Below, in pieces: positions 26,570 to 39,600 of a stretch of DNA of 64,000 nt. The DNA comes from Phoronis australis. Taxonomy: Eukaryota; Animalia; Phoronida. How positions within the stretch are numbered: the first letter of the stretch is position 1; every line of letters starts with the position of its first letter. The notes beneath the pieces are model-generated. The model saw only the letters and a list, made by a program, of their open reading frames with translations, was not told the origin of the DNA and did no database searches. A program made the position numbers and the translations under genes. The stretch is from NCBI GenBank assembly GCA_002633005.1, contig NMRA01000331.1, positions 437,462-501,461 on the forward strand, read 5' to 3'.

Positions 26570-26969
26570 AGTGTCGACCACAAACTGACTTACTCTAGAA
26601 CAAGCTACTCCTGGAACGAGTTGTTGCTAGGTTTGAGTGTCATCTAGATGCTACTTAAATTAATACAACTTACCCCACTAGTAACAAATTACTCCACATA
26701 ATCGAGATGGGGCAACTTGTTCTAGGGTAACTTGTGCCACTTTTAATCGCAAAAGTGGGGTACAGCGGAAGGAATTATCAGCTACGATTACATACATACG
26801 GCCCTCTTTTGCACACCTTACTCGCATTAGGTGTTCATTGTCACGCACAGAGCAACAACTTCTGCATTACCTTAGTTATCAGATATGTGTGTATGGACGC
26901 TCCACTTAAAAGTGGAGTAACTTGCACAAGTGCAAGTTGTTCTAGGGTAGGCTGTGTGTGGACTGGACT
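26570..26969. mobile_element. PIF/Harbinger-like MITE (TAA flanks)
   Basis: Imperfect TIRs containing CTAGAACAA / TTGTTCTAG, TAA on both sides; a partial second copy lies at 53037-53315. Confidence 0.6.
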
Positions 26970-27804
26970 TAAATATACTTATTCATCTTACTTTATTGGT
27001 AAGTGCTATGTAAGAAAGTGCAATTGCTGCCACTACAGTCACATACTTAATAGCATTTTTATTATGTTCACTGAACATCCAAAGTTGCTTTTTCATTAGG
27101 GGAACTTCGGTTTACCAAAGCTTTGCCAAAACTTCGCTTGCCTTTCCCAATAGACAATAACATTGAAGTTATTGCTAGACACCAGAGTAAAAACCTGACT
27201 GTCCATTTCATTACTACTCTCAAATGAATATTGAGAGGTAGGTTGGAGACAAACTGAAAATTGATCTCCCTGATGATCTTCATCGGATGTGTATTCTCTA
27301 GCAGGACTGTCTTCACTCAAACTTTGCTTTGAGCTTTCCCACAACATTTAAGTTTTAGTGAGTACTGAAGCTTGGGTTTAAATCCTACTATATTCAGCAA
27401 AGTTTTGCTTGCAGTTTATCTACAGGAGCTAACCTTTCCCACTTTCCCACTTTCCAAAATTTTGTTAACAACAAAGCTTCACCTCTGGTGGGAAATCACT
27501 GCAACCCTATCCGTATATAGCATGCTAAATAGGAGTTGCCTTGATGGAAGTATTATCAAATTTCTTATCAATTTCAGCATTTAGCCAACTAGTAACATTC
27601 ACAAAGCATTTACAAATGTATGCACTCATTACCACAAGAAACTGCATGAAGTTGTCTTTAACTCCAACATTATCATACACCGCAAGATCTTAAATCCCAA
27701 CACGGACAGGGGTGTCCGGGATTGCTATATTCCCAGAGTTGATGTGATGCCAGTATCAATCATTAGTACACAAATGTGACAATAATCATTTTTCTAAATC
27801 CTAC

Positions 27805-27871
27805 CTGCCGACTTCATTCGACTTTGCTCGTAGGGAAACAATTCTTCCATTTCAGCACTGGTGAAATCCAT
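27805..27871 (-). CDS. DST: Probable alternative first coding exon of the spectraplakin (MDFTSAEMEELFPYEQSRMKSA)
   Basis: ATG-initiated, 67 nt, ending GCAG|GTAGGA in phase 1 as exon 2 requires (G+AT = Asp). In-frame stop upstream; GGGCGTGTGGC (28021) and CACCCACACC (28101) boxes lie 150-250 bp upstream. Confidence 0.6.
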
Positions 27872-28824
27872 TGATGGGTATTGAAAGATAACTATCCGAA
27901 ATGTAAACAGAAATAAAAACGTTTCCTAAGGCAGAGAAGAAAATTTCAACTAGATTGTTTCCACAACCCCGATCATCTCTTAATAGCAGTGCGAGACTAA
28001 ATCTTTCCTTCCCCCAGAGTGGGCGTGTGGCTAAGTATCCACAAGTGAGTAACTTCCTTTGTGGAGACCCAGAGACTTAATGGCTCACTGGTTGACTGTT
28101 CACCCACACCTTCACTGCAGATTTCACCAGTGACCAGACAGTTTGGGTCACAGAGCTGGGGAGAACTGGCTCTGACCAATAGCTGACAACCGTGGAAAGG
28201 TCAGAGGTCACCAGCTGTCTGAGTTGGTGAAAACAAACTAAACATCAAACACAGCTAGGCACAGGGGTGATCAGTTATAGCTTGATACCAGCAATAAATA
28301 GAACTAACACAAGTCAGGACTGTAAGTACACATGTGAAAAATAATTCTTCAAATGGCAAGTAGTCAGTACAGTTATTCAGTAATAATCCCATGATAAGGC
28401 TTGACCAGAAATGGTCTATAGATACTGACAAATTGGATAACAATTTTCCCTGCTTCTTTTATCACTCTTTTCAATTCGTTAATACTTGTCTTCAATCCAT
28501 TAATACTTCTAAGCCACTATACACCAGTCTGCATCCCACAATACCATTAAGTTTTCACAATGTAGAAGTGTTTTTCACAACTGCAACCAGTCACTATATC
28601 AATTCCTGAAATCAGATGTGCCAGCTGCCAGTAGTCATTGTTCCATTTCTATCCCTGTTTTGAAAGTAAACAATGGGCTGTGAAAGTAGTCATTGACAGA
28701 GGTATATCAATAACACCATAACACCTCCAATACTTGACTTGTAAAAAATATGCAAAATTACGCACTCATTCATCACCTACAAAGTATGTGACCAATTTTG
28801 ATTCAGACGTGTGTTATGAGTACT

Positions 28825-29601
28825 TTATACCACAATATCAGCCTCGAATGGCCAATACAACCGTTAAACCAACCCATTTAGTTATCTAACGGCGTTAAAT
28901 AACATTTTGGCACGAAACCGAGGCCGGTTTCGAACCCGGTCAGCAAGAATTTCGGGCTGCCGACTTTACCACTGCATCACTCAGTGGCTGACGTCATCGA
29001 ACATGAAATACTTAAATGAGCACGCGCAACAATCGCATGTTCAACAAACGGCATTGTACTGACATTTATACGCTATGAAAAATAAGACGCAACATTTCAA
29101 TAAAAACATCTTTAATTCAGTAAAATTTGTCTTGTCATTTTCTCTCTTTTGTAAATAATGGATCTCCAGTTTGAATGCGAGTAACATGTGGTCAGGATGC
29201 TTTGACTTGGACATAAAACTCAGTAACCAGTAGTAACCTATTTTAGCAGATCGATATTTTCACAGGGAAGCTTAGCATAAGATTTGTAGTAAGCTAGCGT
29301 AGTTGCTTTTACAGGTTCACTTTAGTTCTATTTTGGTTCAATTATTATTAGGTTTTAAGTAAAAACATCATTTTAACAAGAAAAACTCGCCGTTTCTTGA
29401 AAGGTCACGACCCCCCGACCTTAGGCCTCCGACATAGAAAGTAATTACAAATGCTGAGGCAAGTCGAGAAAGGTAGATCGATTCATTGCAATGTTTTTCG
29501 TTCAGTATGTGGTATAAATAGAAACACCTCTCGAGCGATAATTCTCCAAAAATCTAAGAGGGCTCTACATTGTGGGGGATAATGACTTCGCCATGTAATA
29601 A
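28825..29601. mobile_element. Crypton-like non-autonomous repeat with internal tRNA-like unit, copy 1
   Basis: Colinear with 47289-48155; inner inverted pair TTATACCAC / GTGGTATAA and terminal CCATGTAATAA; no TSD seen. Superfamily assignment tentative. Confidence 0.6.
28917..28985 (-). other. tRNA-derived (Pol III A/B box) sequence inside the repeat; not a functional tRNA
   Basis: ACTGAGTGATGCAGTGGTAAAG...GGTTCGAAACCGGCCTCGGT: A box, B box, pairing acceptor-like stem, mismatched arms. Confidence 0.6.
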
Positions 29602-29604
29602 TCT

Positions 29605-29760
29605 GTAAACGTTTGGTTTAACGCCCATGCTCAGTTAACCGCCCACACCCTACTTTAGGTGGATTTTTGATTTAACCGCCCACTGCTCGGTTAACCGCCC
29701 ATCTGCGATTTTTGAAGATTTCCAGTTAAGCGCCCACCTCTCGGTTAAGCGCCCATCCCC
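29605..29760. repeat. Subterminal motif array (TTAASCGCCCA, about six copies) of a TIR element end
   Basis: Repeated TTAACCGCCCA / TTAAGCGCCCA. Confidence 0.6.
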
Positions 29761-29769
29761 GACTTTTAA

Positions 29770-30066
29770 AGGAGAATGCCACCCAAAAAAACAACCTATT
29801 TTGTATCAATTTAGATCAAGTAGTTCTACTCGATAACGGCAGGTTCGGTTGGGCTATCTGACACCTGACGGCAGACGGAGGTGTTGAAGTTACCCAATGA
29901 CGTAATTGGTTTCACACACAGTCTGTTCAGCAGTTCACAACACGGGTTAATGGTGTCAGCTTATCGCTTGAATTCATCATTTAACACCAAAAAATCATCA
30001 AACATCGATATAAAAGCCTTAAAAATACACTGAGTTCTTATAAAAACGTGTTGTTTTATTTCGCTG
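29770..30066 (-). mobile_element. Kolobok right-end fragment (inverted copy of ~15432-15725)
   Basis: TTAA+AGGAGAATGCCACCCAAAAAACAACCTATTTTGTATC is a near-identical reverse complement of the 15.4-15.7 kb sequence. Confidence 0.85.
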
Positions 30067-32008
30067 ATTTAAACAGGGCCCCAAGCTAAAAACTGTAGAA
30101 ACCACCCAATAGTACTTATCTTTTATTTAAAAAATAAGCCAAGCACATACCATCAGCACTATATGCACTTACCATGACAATAATTTGTAAGAGAAAAAAA
30201 GCTGCTCTTTTTTGCCTTGACAATCCACAGTTGCTATTTGTTGCTAACTGCTGTCCTTAAATCAACAACTGAAGTATACAGGTTATCACTGCCTAAGATT
30301 TTCCCTTAACAATTGAGCAATCAAAAAGAAGCAATTTCAGGTTGCATAAACCTTCACTAAAGGGAAAATGTGGTATCAATTTGCCCTAAGAGCCTAAAAT
30401 GAGTTGCTTATGCACTGCTCAGTCATCACAACTATTATGGGTCAACAGCACAAGGAACACAATGACAATGCTCATGGAAATTCACAAATTTCTCCCTGAC
30501 AAAAGCACAGCAATGCATGTCTGGAATTTAGGGAAATTGCAAGTTACACAAATAAATGTAATTTTTAAATTTTTATGTAAACAAAATGCCATGAAGGAAT
30601 TCGAGATGACATTTCACACTGAAATCTACTGCCACCTATTGGCAGCATAACAAGGCATGAGCAGCTGTGCAGAGATCACCACACAAAACATGACGTGAAT
30701 AATTAGCATATCATGCACTTGTTAGTCTGCCAGAAACAACACTTACAAAAAGACAATTTCATCTGCATTTAAAGTTATACGTCTACATGTTAAACATACT
30801 GCTATGATGTCATCAGATGAGAAGTATGAAAGACAAATTAAACGATTGCTTCAATTCTAATTGAAGTATTGAGATTCCAAAAGAAGATAACATCCTTCAG
30901 TTTTCAATATTTAAAATCAGCTTCCCAAAAATGAAGGGTTAAATTTGAAATATATAATAAAATTTAGTCATTAAGAAAATCAATATGTTCATATTGCCTA
31001 AAATTTTGTTTCCGTGAGGAAAACTTACCTTCTCCAACATTTTAATATTTGCAACTCTTTCTGACAAAACTTCATGGTCCAAAGTGGTACATATCATCCT
31101 AAATCAGCAGCAAGAAATTTTAAATATAATCCTTCTCATGTATTTCACCTTATTTTAACACATTACAAAGTGCTTGTTGCCATGTGTGTGAACACAGATG
31201 GTAATAGAAAATTCTAAGTTCAAAAATCAATGCTTTAGTAGACATGAAAATCCGATTTCATCAGCACAATGAGTCATTCAATCTAAGCCTTGATCATTAT
31301 CAGTCAACTTCCACCTTTAAACTCCACTAGAGTTGTGTTACCTATCTACAGTGGGATGAGAGGCTTCTCAGACTAGTTTATTTACCCTGGGCTTGTCTGG
31401 AGATATCTCATTGCTCTACTCTGCAATAGACCTTTTACATTAACTGTTTGGCTCATTACTCAATGCCCCTGTAAGATTATAAGCTTGGAGGGACCTGAGC
31501 CAAGTGAAAAAAGTAACCTCCCCTCCGCAACCCCCGATCTTAATAGAGATTGGAAGTGGATTTTCCACTGAATGTTTGTATCATAAACACACAATTATAA
31601 TAATTAGTAGTAAAGTAAGTTTAGCTTGTACTAAAATGAATAATCATTTGGGAGATATTTTGACCCACATCTCGTTGTCTTGATCATGCTCTGGGTGGCA
31701 TTGTCGTCATCTGGACGAGTCTAAGTTCGTTTTTTAAGATGAGGTTGTAAATCCATAGCAATTAGTATCATCCACGATCTCTGTTCAGGCTGAAGTCATA
31801 TTGGAATATCTGTATGAACTCTGTTACTCCTCTCTCGACCCCATTGGAGTCGAAATATCTCACAAATGAATTTCATTTTAGTCTTCACTTACTTTACTAT
31901 GAGTCCACCAGAGCGGATTAGCTTTCAGCAGTATATATAATAATTAAGTCAGTCATCATGGTTGTTTATTGACTCATCTTGACTTGGCCAAAAGCCTCAA
32001 GACAATAA

Positions 32009-33461
32009 CCGTATTTGCCGGGCGCTTCTTATAACCCAAGGCTGTTGAAACCCAGTCTCCGAAACGGGTGAAATCGGAAGCTAAGATTCATCACATTTAC
32101 GCTGTGTGACGTATCTGTAATCTATGAAAGACTTACTACAAAACCCTGGTGCATTGCTATCAAACTTTGCTGCTAAATTACTATCATTTTACAGAAAATT
32201 GTGCTGAAATCCCAGGGCAAAAACTCTCCAACTGACTGCCTCGCAATCGTCGATATGGCGACTTGAATGCTTGAATCAAAATACAGTTTCGACTCAAGCA
32301 AATTACCTGAAATCCTCCTGAAGTTTTCCAAGTAGCGCCCCTATATATAACATTTTTAAGTTCCGGTGGAGTCGGGATTAACAGCAGATTTAAGTACAAA
32401 TCTGTGCCATCTACATGTATGATCGACAACATGAGAAAAATGTCTGGACGAACACACATGTTGTTGTCACCTGTGGTGTTTGTTTTGAAGTTTGTCTGCG
32501 TTAAGTAATCGAGCGCGTGCATGTCACCAGAGTTCATTAGCCAGAGCATAGATTGCCTTTTGGCCAGAGCCACCCAATCTAATGAGCTACTAGATGTGCA
32601 TTGTATCTGAAGAAATTTGCACAAGCAGTAGGCCTAAACCAGAGCCTGTTTCATTCAGCACTTGCCAGTCTCATGTGCTAAAAACGTTCGACATTTGTCT
32701 CAGTAAGGCCCATATTAGTCGCCGTGTGGCTGGACACGTACGTGACAGTTATTTTTCGGTGTAAGGGTGTGTAAGCATTCATTGTCAGTAGTCATTTTAT
32801 CGGATATTTGGCTCAAAAACACCAATTATGGTTAATCAAACAATTCATCTTAAAAATAATGCAAACATTTTTTATAGTATTAGAAACTGTCAGAAATTAG
32901 TGCCAATATTCATTTCTTGCTGATGCTATGCTACCCGTTTCATGAATATATAGTTCCCGACTAATGTCTTTGATGACAGATTCATGTATGTAGCGCGCAC
33001 TTCCTGGCCACGTGACTTTAACACACAAGCTTTTTATTAGTCTTCGATTCACGGTTTTGACATGTACAAAGAAATTTGGATTCCTGTTGAAAGCGGGAAA
33101 TATCTACAAAGCAATCCCATAGACAAGTACACTACGTCTGTTCTGAAAGGCCACACCATTGGTCCTCGCAAGATCAGCAAAACTTTTTTTCGTTTTGAGG
33201 CATGGCAGAAGTTTGAAGTGTATAGTCATGGCAGAATACCGACATAGCGGCGAGGCTCGTGGTCTACAAATTCTGCGCACAATGATTTTTTCAGGACAGT
33301 CGGATATTATTGATAAATTGATGACGTTACTGTTGAATTTTAGGACTGTAGGTAAGGCATTTTCGCACGTACACATTCATGGACTGGGCGCTTATTTTAG
33401 CAGTTTGAAAACGCGTGGGGGGTGCTTATAGGGGCATGAGCGGTTATTACAGCGAATATGT
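32009..33461 (+). mobile_element. HIRAN-element family copy 2
   Basis: CCGTATTTG left end, GCGAATATG right end; decayed ORF GFDMYKEIWIPVE..NPIDKY..VLKGHTIG.PRKISK..LRHG.SLKC.V..YRHSGEARGLQI..FSG..DIIDKL. Confidence 0.9.
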
Positions 33462-35525
33462 TAACTAGAAACATTACATAGTACAACTTATTATAATTAC
33501 CATTTTTACACAATTTTGCCTTTATATTAAAGTACTAATAAATTAGTGCATAATCCTCGATCAGATCCCAGGAGCTCAACTTAACCCTGAATAAATATCT
33601 GTGGATGGTAGAATGTATGGAACCTAATTTAGTGACCTTCATTCTAACTACTATATAAACCAGACCATGTCAACTAGTAAAACTAAACACATATTCTGAA
33701 AGAAAAAAGATTAAAGATTATAAAAATACATTTTATATTTATGTGCCATTATTAGTATGCTTCCACCTTTTAAGTCAAAATTTTCTTTTCAAGAAAGGTC
33801 CATTCATAGCAAAATAACCTCTTGGTTGATTTTAATGGAACCTATTTTAAAAGGAAAACTTAAGTTTAGCTCAAAAATGCTACTAGGAATTTGCGATGAC
33901 TCATTTTGTTTCTAAGCCAAATTAACTCGTTAAACATAAGGAATTTTTGTAAAAAAAACTGCAGAAGTATTTGTCTATCTTACAGCACGCAAAAGCACTT
34001 TTCCACCATAAAACTGATGTCGCTTTATATATTACAAAGCAACAGCGAATGGCAACCATGGATCCCTAGTTGTTTGAATTGTTCTTTTATCTGAATGCAG
34101 TGAAATGTTATATACTGCTGCATGTAACAATTATTTTTCCAAGGCGGCCCTTTGTGACAGGGGGTTCCATGACAGCAAGTTTCAGTGAAATATCAGGAAC
34201 ATTTCTACAAGAATCTGCTGTTGTAGTAAATATGCAAGAGACTTCTGCCATATTTGTAGTTGCTCCTTTGACTTTGCAGCAATGCCTTACCGTACTGCAT
34301 ATGTCTGTTGAAATTAACCACTTACAAAATGCACAATAAGAAGATTGTTGGCACTCCTAAAAGGGACTGTTAAGAAAGAGTTTGGAGTCAAGACAACAAT
34401 GATCCACTGCCTTATGAAGATACAGTGTCAGAAAGAAATGGTGCCCACTGGAGTAACTGTGCAAGCGTAACAAAGATGCATTCCGACAGGCAGCTAACAT
34501 GATCACTACTTCCAGAATGGGTAACAATTAACCGCATTGTATTTGTATTAAAATTCGATATCAAGATGATGGAAAGTTTTGGGCATCCTCAATTACTAGG
34601 GATATATGTAAGTATAAAAGATCAATTCAACAATCAGCAATATATAAGATTTTCCATGTTTAACTGAAAGCCCTGAAATTCATTGTCAAACATTTCCAAA
34701 CACGTTTCTTGTCTTTTGTTAATCACACCAAGGCAGTTCTCTAAGCATAATTGTTTGCAGAATTGATCCAGTTAAATTTTTCTGAAATATTTCCAGGATT
34801 TCGAAATACATGGGAACACAGCTAGTCTGAGGCAAGTTTGGTGTCAGTGACAGGGCCTTTGAGGTTTGTTCAATGACAACCAATATGCCATCTGCTTTGT
34901 CAATAATATCGCTCACTTACTGATCAGTTTGAGCTTCAGTCAATGGCAGTTTTTTGGTAAAGATTATACCATAGGAATTAAATCATAAACAAAATAAAAG
35001 CATTTAGTCTTAAAGCAAAATACGCTCTTCACAGTAAGAAAATAACCTTCTCAGTGCTGCATTTGACGAGCCCGACAAGTTATCAATGGCAAAGCAGCAA
35101 GAGGCACACATGTAGGCAAGAACGTTCTGTTCTCTGTTCTCCAAGCCAGACAGTGGAGTTTAAGACATTCAACCCATTTATGTGGTGTCGTACTGGATGC
35201 ATTCACAGTTAATATAATGGGCTAAGAAAAGGACAGACAGTTCATGACCCCGCAATGATGTTCCAACTCATAAAGCAGTCCTTTCAACTGTAAACCAGAA
35301 GAACCTGTATATTTACTGTAATTTAATAGTGAAGAAAATAGTCAATGAATCACTCATGCCTTGCTTGGGGTGATTTATGACAGGTCTCTCATGCATATAC
35401 CTCCTGAGCATGTTTTCAATTTCATAGATCAGGTGTTTTTTTATTAAAGTTGTGTCCTCTGTCAATTAGGGGTACACACACTATTTTAAAACAATATTCC
35501 TCATCATACATTATCATGGTAATAA

Positions 35526-36946
35526 CAGGGGTATACCCAGGTTTCAAAACCCTGCTCCCCAGCTGGGCGAGTGAGCCAGAAAATCCACTCGCCTAGCCTG
35601 AAGTTCATTCGCCTGGCCGTTTGCGTCCACAAACATGTTGCCAGAGCTAATACAAATCAATCGCTTTCGCCCTAATAAGCGCCAAGTGTGCTTAGAAAAA
35701 TTTGTTTCAGAAGGGGGGGCCCTTGTTGTAGCAAAGGCGGTTGAAACCCGGTCTCCGAAATGGGCTAAAATCGGAAGGTAGGATTCATCAAAGTTATACG
35801 TATCTGTAACCTATGACAGACTTTCTACAAAACTGTGGTGCATTGCTATCAAACTTTGTTGTTAAAGTACGATTACGCTAGATCGCACCCCGCAACACGA
35901 TAAAAATCTGGACGAATACACACATTGTTGTCACATTATGCTTCTTTTAAAGTCTGCAGGTGTGTGCCGAGTGAGCGAGCGCATGCGTGTCATCAGAGTT
36001 CATTTGCCAGAGTAGCTGGCCTACACATATGTAGGCCCCAGTGCGCTTCTTGGCCACGTGCTCATTAGCACTGGTCAAGTTTCGATTCGCGGTATTTATG
36101 TGTACAAAGTAATCTGGATTCCTTTTGAGGGAGAAGATCTGTATGGGAAAGATATAATACAATCCCATTGACAAGTACGCACGCTGCTGCGTCTGTTCTA
36201 AAAGGCCCGACCATAGTGGGACACGTTCCTCGCAAGATCAGCAAAACTTTTGCATTCTTTTTGAAACACAGCGGAAGTTTGAAGTGTACAGCCACAGCTA
36301 AATACCGACAAAGCGGCGAGGTTCGTGGTCTAGAAATTCCGCGCGCAATGATTAGAATTGTAGGTATGGCATTTTTCTCATATGTACACGTTCATGGACT
36401 GGGCGCTTATTTTAGCGAAGTCTGAAAACGAGTGGGGGAGGCACTTATAGGGGCGTGGGCGCTTATTAGGACGAATGTTATTATTTATAAAATAATTTTG
36501 GCTAAAATGTCATTGTACATTACAATAAGAAATCAGTTCCAAGAAATATGGCATTTCACTTGCTGTGAGCACATGGACCGGTCTTCCGCCTTTCCCCCCT
36601 TTTCTTCGTTCGCACTAGTCCACAAATTTCTTAGTGCATGACCAGACACTGTGATCTTTTGTCTAGACAAACTGCGTAACGGGTGACATCTACTGAATCG
36701 GAAGGATCGCACTGCGCAGATGTTTTTTACTGCCGAAGCATCAACATGCTGACGAAATTGAACCTTAAAATCATGATAAAAACAGCATGAGGAGAAAATT
36801 TATTCATGTTCATCTGGGAAACGATATAGTGCTTTTACGCTCTGAAAATTCGCCCGTCACCTGAGCGACCGGCAAATCAACTTCTACTCGCCCAGCAACA
36901 TTTTTACTCACATCGGCGACTGGGCGAGTGGCTAAGTATATCCCTG
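35526..36946. mobile_element. hAT-like MITE (CAGGGRTATAC ends) hosting HIRAN-element copy 3
   Basis: CAGGGGTATACCCAG / CTAAGTATATCCCTG ends, CTCGCC subterminal repeats; left end repeated at 52688. Confidence 0.65.
35661..36478 (+). mobile_element. HIRAN-element family copy 3 (internally deleted)
   Basis: TTCGCCCTAATAAGCGCC left end, GGGCGCTTATTAGGACGAA right end; ORF remnant AASVLKGPTIVGHVPRKISKTFAFFLKHSGSLKC..YRQSGEVRGLEIP. Confidence 0.9.
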
Positions 36947-38989
36947 CAAAGTGGTAACGATAGTCTTCATACAGCTATAGTCGGTAACTAACCAACCCTT
37001 AAAAAGTTTAGAGAGCTGAGTATTGGCTGGCTACAGTCTGCAAAGCCCACAGTCACACCACTCACCAGCGTAAATTGTTGATATGCGCTGGTTGCCCGGC
37101 ATATTTTCGTCTGATGATGACGACGACTGGGTAACGCTGTGTGTTGCCTGGTGACCCGATATTTCACACTAAATTTCTTATTCTGACGATTTGAACGCCA
37201 CTGACTGCACACTAAAATACGCCACTGACTTTACCCCACCAAATACTTCACTCAGAAGCTGCGCTCCAAGCGGGTTAATTTTTTGAGTTTTGTTGGAGAA
37301 TATAAATTTACTTACTTTTATGCTGTTGAATTATTTGTGAAATTAATCAACAACTCATAGAAAACTATGCAAATTTTATTCAGAATAAGATACCATTGCC
37401 TTTTAAGGCCTTCTGGAGCTTCCAATGCAAGGAGCGAGGATCCAGCCAGCTTATACATGGGCGCTTCATCTTCCATTATGACATCAGGGTTTTGTAGATT
37501 TGATTTGACAGGTCGTGCACATAAACCAGCCTGTTCATGACACAAAAAAAATTGACTTTCACTGAAAACACCAAGTATTCATATGAAATTAAACTTAATT
37601 GTAATCCTTATACATTTTACTGACTCCACTGCCAACCACTGCCAACCCTGTTAAAACAGCAATTTTGTTAAACTGTGGTCCAAATTGAAGTGTGATGCAG
37701 ACATAATCTTTGTCTGAAAAAGTTCAGTGATGATGAAGTAATTATCGAAGGTGTTCTATGCACAACAGCTTACTTTTTCTATGTTACAACTTGAAGTTTG
37801 GTAAATATTGGTAAGCAAAAACATTCCTATCTGCTGCCACATGTGGAAAAACAACAATCAAAAACCCATTCGTTTTTATTTCATGACAAAAATTTTGATT
37901 ATTACAAATTATCAGTTTTTATCCAGCCAACTGTCAGATATAGGCAGACAGGAGAGGAAAGGAATGATAGCTGCAACACTCAAGTCAGGCAGTTTTTTAA
38001 TTTTAGCTTACTTGTTTAAAACATGAATGAGAACAAATCAGCTAAACAGTCAACCAGGCTGCATTTCTGAGATTTAAAAACAAGGGCACTTGTGTGCACA
38101 CGCAATAGAGGAGTGGTGACTCGAGGTAGAGGTGTCATGATTATTCCAGGTGAATACGGTAATTCTTCATCTTTGTGCACCTAATATGGCAAGAAAATGG
38201 AATTATATCTTGTCAAATTTTCTCGATTGAAATAACGATAAATAAACTTATGATCAGCTTGGTTTGCACTCTGTGGATGTCACAAGACAGCATTTGGTAA
38301 AATTTCCATAATTTGCTTGCTGCAAGGTATGGTCTTTAAACATAGACAAATATTTGGCAATTATTTTTGTGCGAAAATAAGTCAATATTATGTTTAATGA
38401 AATTGTAAGAGTGTGAGCAAGATGCCATTTGATTTTATCCTTAATATTGCACATTGGTTTGGATCAGTTTAGATAAAAATTCCCCTTGGAGATTAGCAGA
38501 CCTCCAGTGATGGAATAGATAGAGGGAGAAATTGTAATCTTTACTGGACTTACTTATGACATTGAGTCCACAACCGACTTTTTCAAGCATTTGCGTCATC
38601 TGTAGGCACACCAACAGAAGTGTGTGTCAATTTTGAGACCATTGTTTGTCTCACAATCAACACCTACCAACAAAAGCTTGAAAGTCGGCAATTGTCCAAC
38701 AAACGTTGTTTAATTGCTCAAGTAAGTTCAGTAAAGATTTATAATTTTCCAGTGACATGTAACATTCACATGAAGAAAACCATGATCTGACATATTTCAA
38801 AGCATTTAATCAGTATTTCACTGGTTTGGACTAAACATAGACAACATTCGTATAGATATCACACAGGCAGACACTTTATCTTGAATTCAGGTAGTAAACA
38901 GGTTTGGAATGAAAACTGCCAGACCTACAATAATTTCAGAGATGAAGATTACTATTAAAACGACTGGTAGACAAGCAACTGTTTGCTCA

Positions 38990-39450
38990 GGCCGTCAAAA
39001 CAAAGCATTATTGAAGTCCTTGCAACCTGCTCAGCAAGATATCTCAAACAAGGATCTGTTAGCCTCTGTTAACGGAAGATTTGACACAATAGAGAATCAT
39101 CAATAAACTACAGACCGAAATGTTGCAAATGAAAAATGATCACGAAAAAAGACATTAGAAACAAAAACTGTCTGCTGTGCTCCAAACTTAAAAGTCTGAT
39201 TAAAGTGAAGAATAAAGTTGATGATCTCGAAAACAAATCTCCCCGCGATAATGTGTTATTCCACGGCTTATAGGAAAGCGAGAACTTTTGAGACTGGAAA
39301 GAACTCAGGAAACATGATCCAGTCATTTTTGCAAAGTTATCTTGGTCTAGACGTGGTAAATGAACAGGCCCATAGACTAGGACCGAAGGTTTTTATCACT
39401 GAGCACATAACCCGAGCACGATTTGACAACCAGCAACGCCTCCATCGTCT
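38990..39450 (+). pseudogene. LINE ORF1 (L1-type RRM/Transposase_22-like) fragment
   Basis: KVDDLENKSPRDNVLFHGL*ESE..ETGKNSGNMIQSFLQSYLGLDVVNEQAHRLGP matches DLENRSRRxNLxxxGxxE ... IERAHRLG. Confidence 0.75.
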
Positions 39451-39600
39451 CGTTCTCTCTGGTATGTCTTGTTCATTGAACAGCACAGAAAATTGTCTCA
39501 CAGTGAGTACTGTTGTGTGGCAGTGCAAATACAGCACATGTGACAGTGGCAAGTCCTGTCAGCTGAGTGTACTTCTTGGCAATTGACCTATCGCCAAGAT

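Noticed and set aside
28917-28985. Functional tRNA gene (also 47379-47447 and 60001-60075)
   Set aside because: Anticodon and T stems are mismatched and the sequences are embedded in dispersed repeats.
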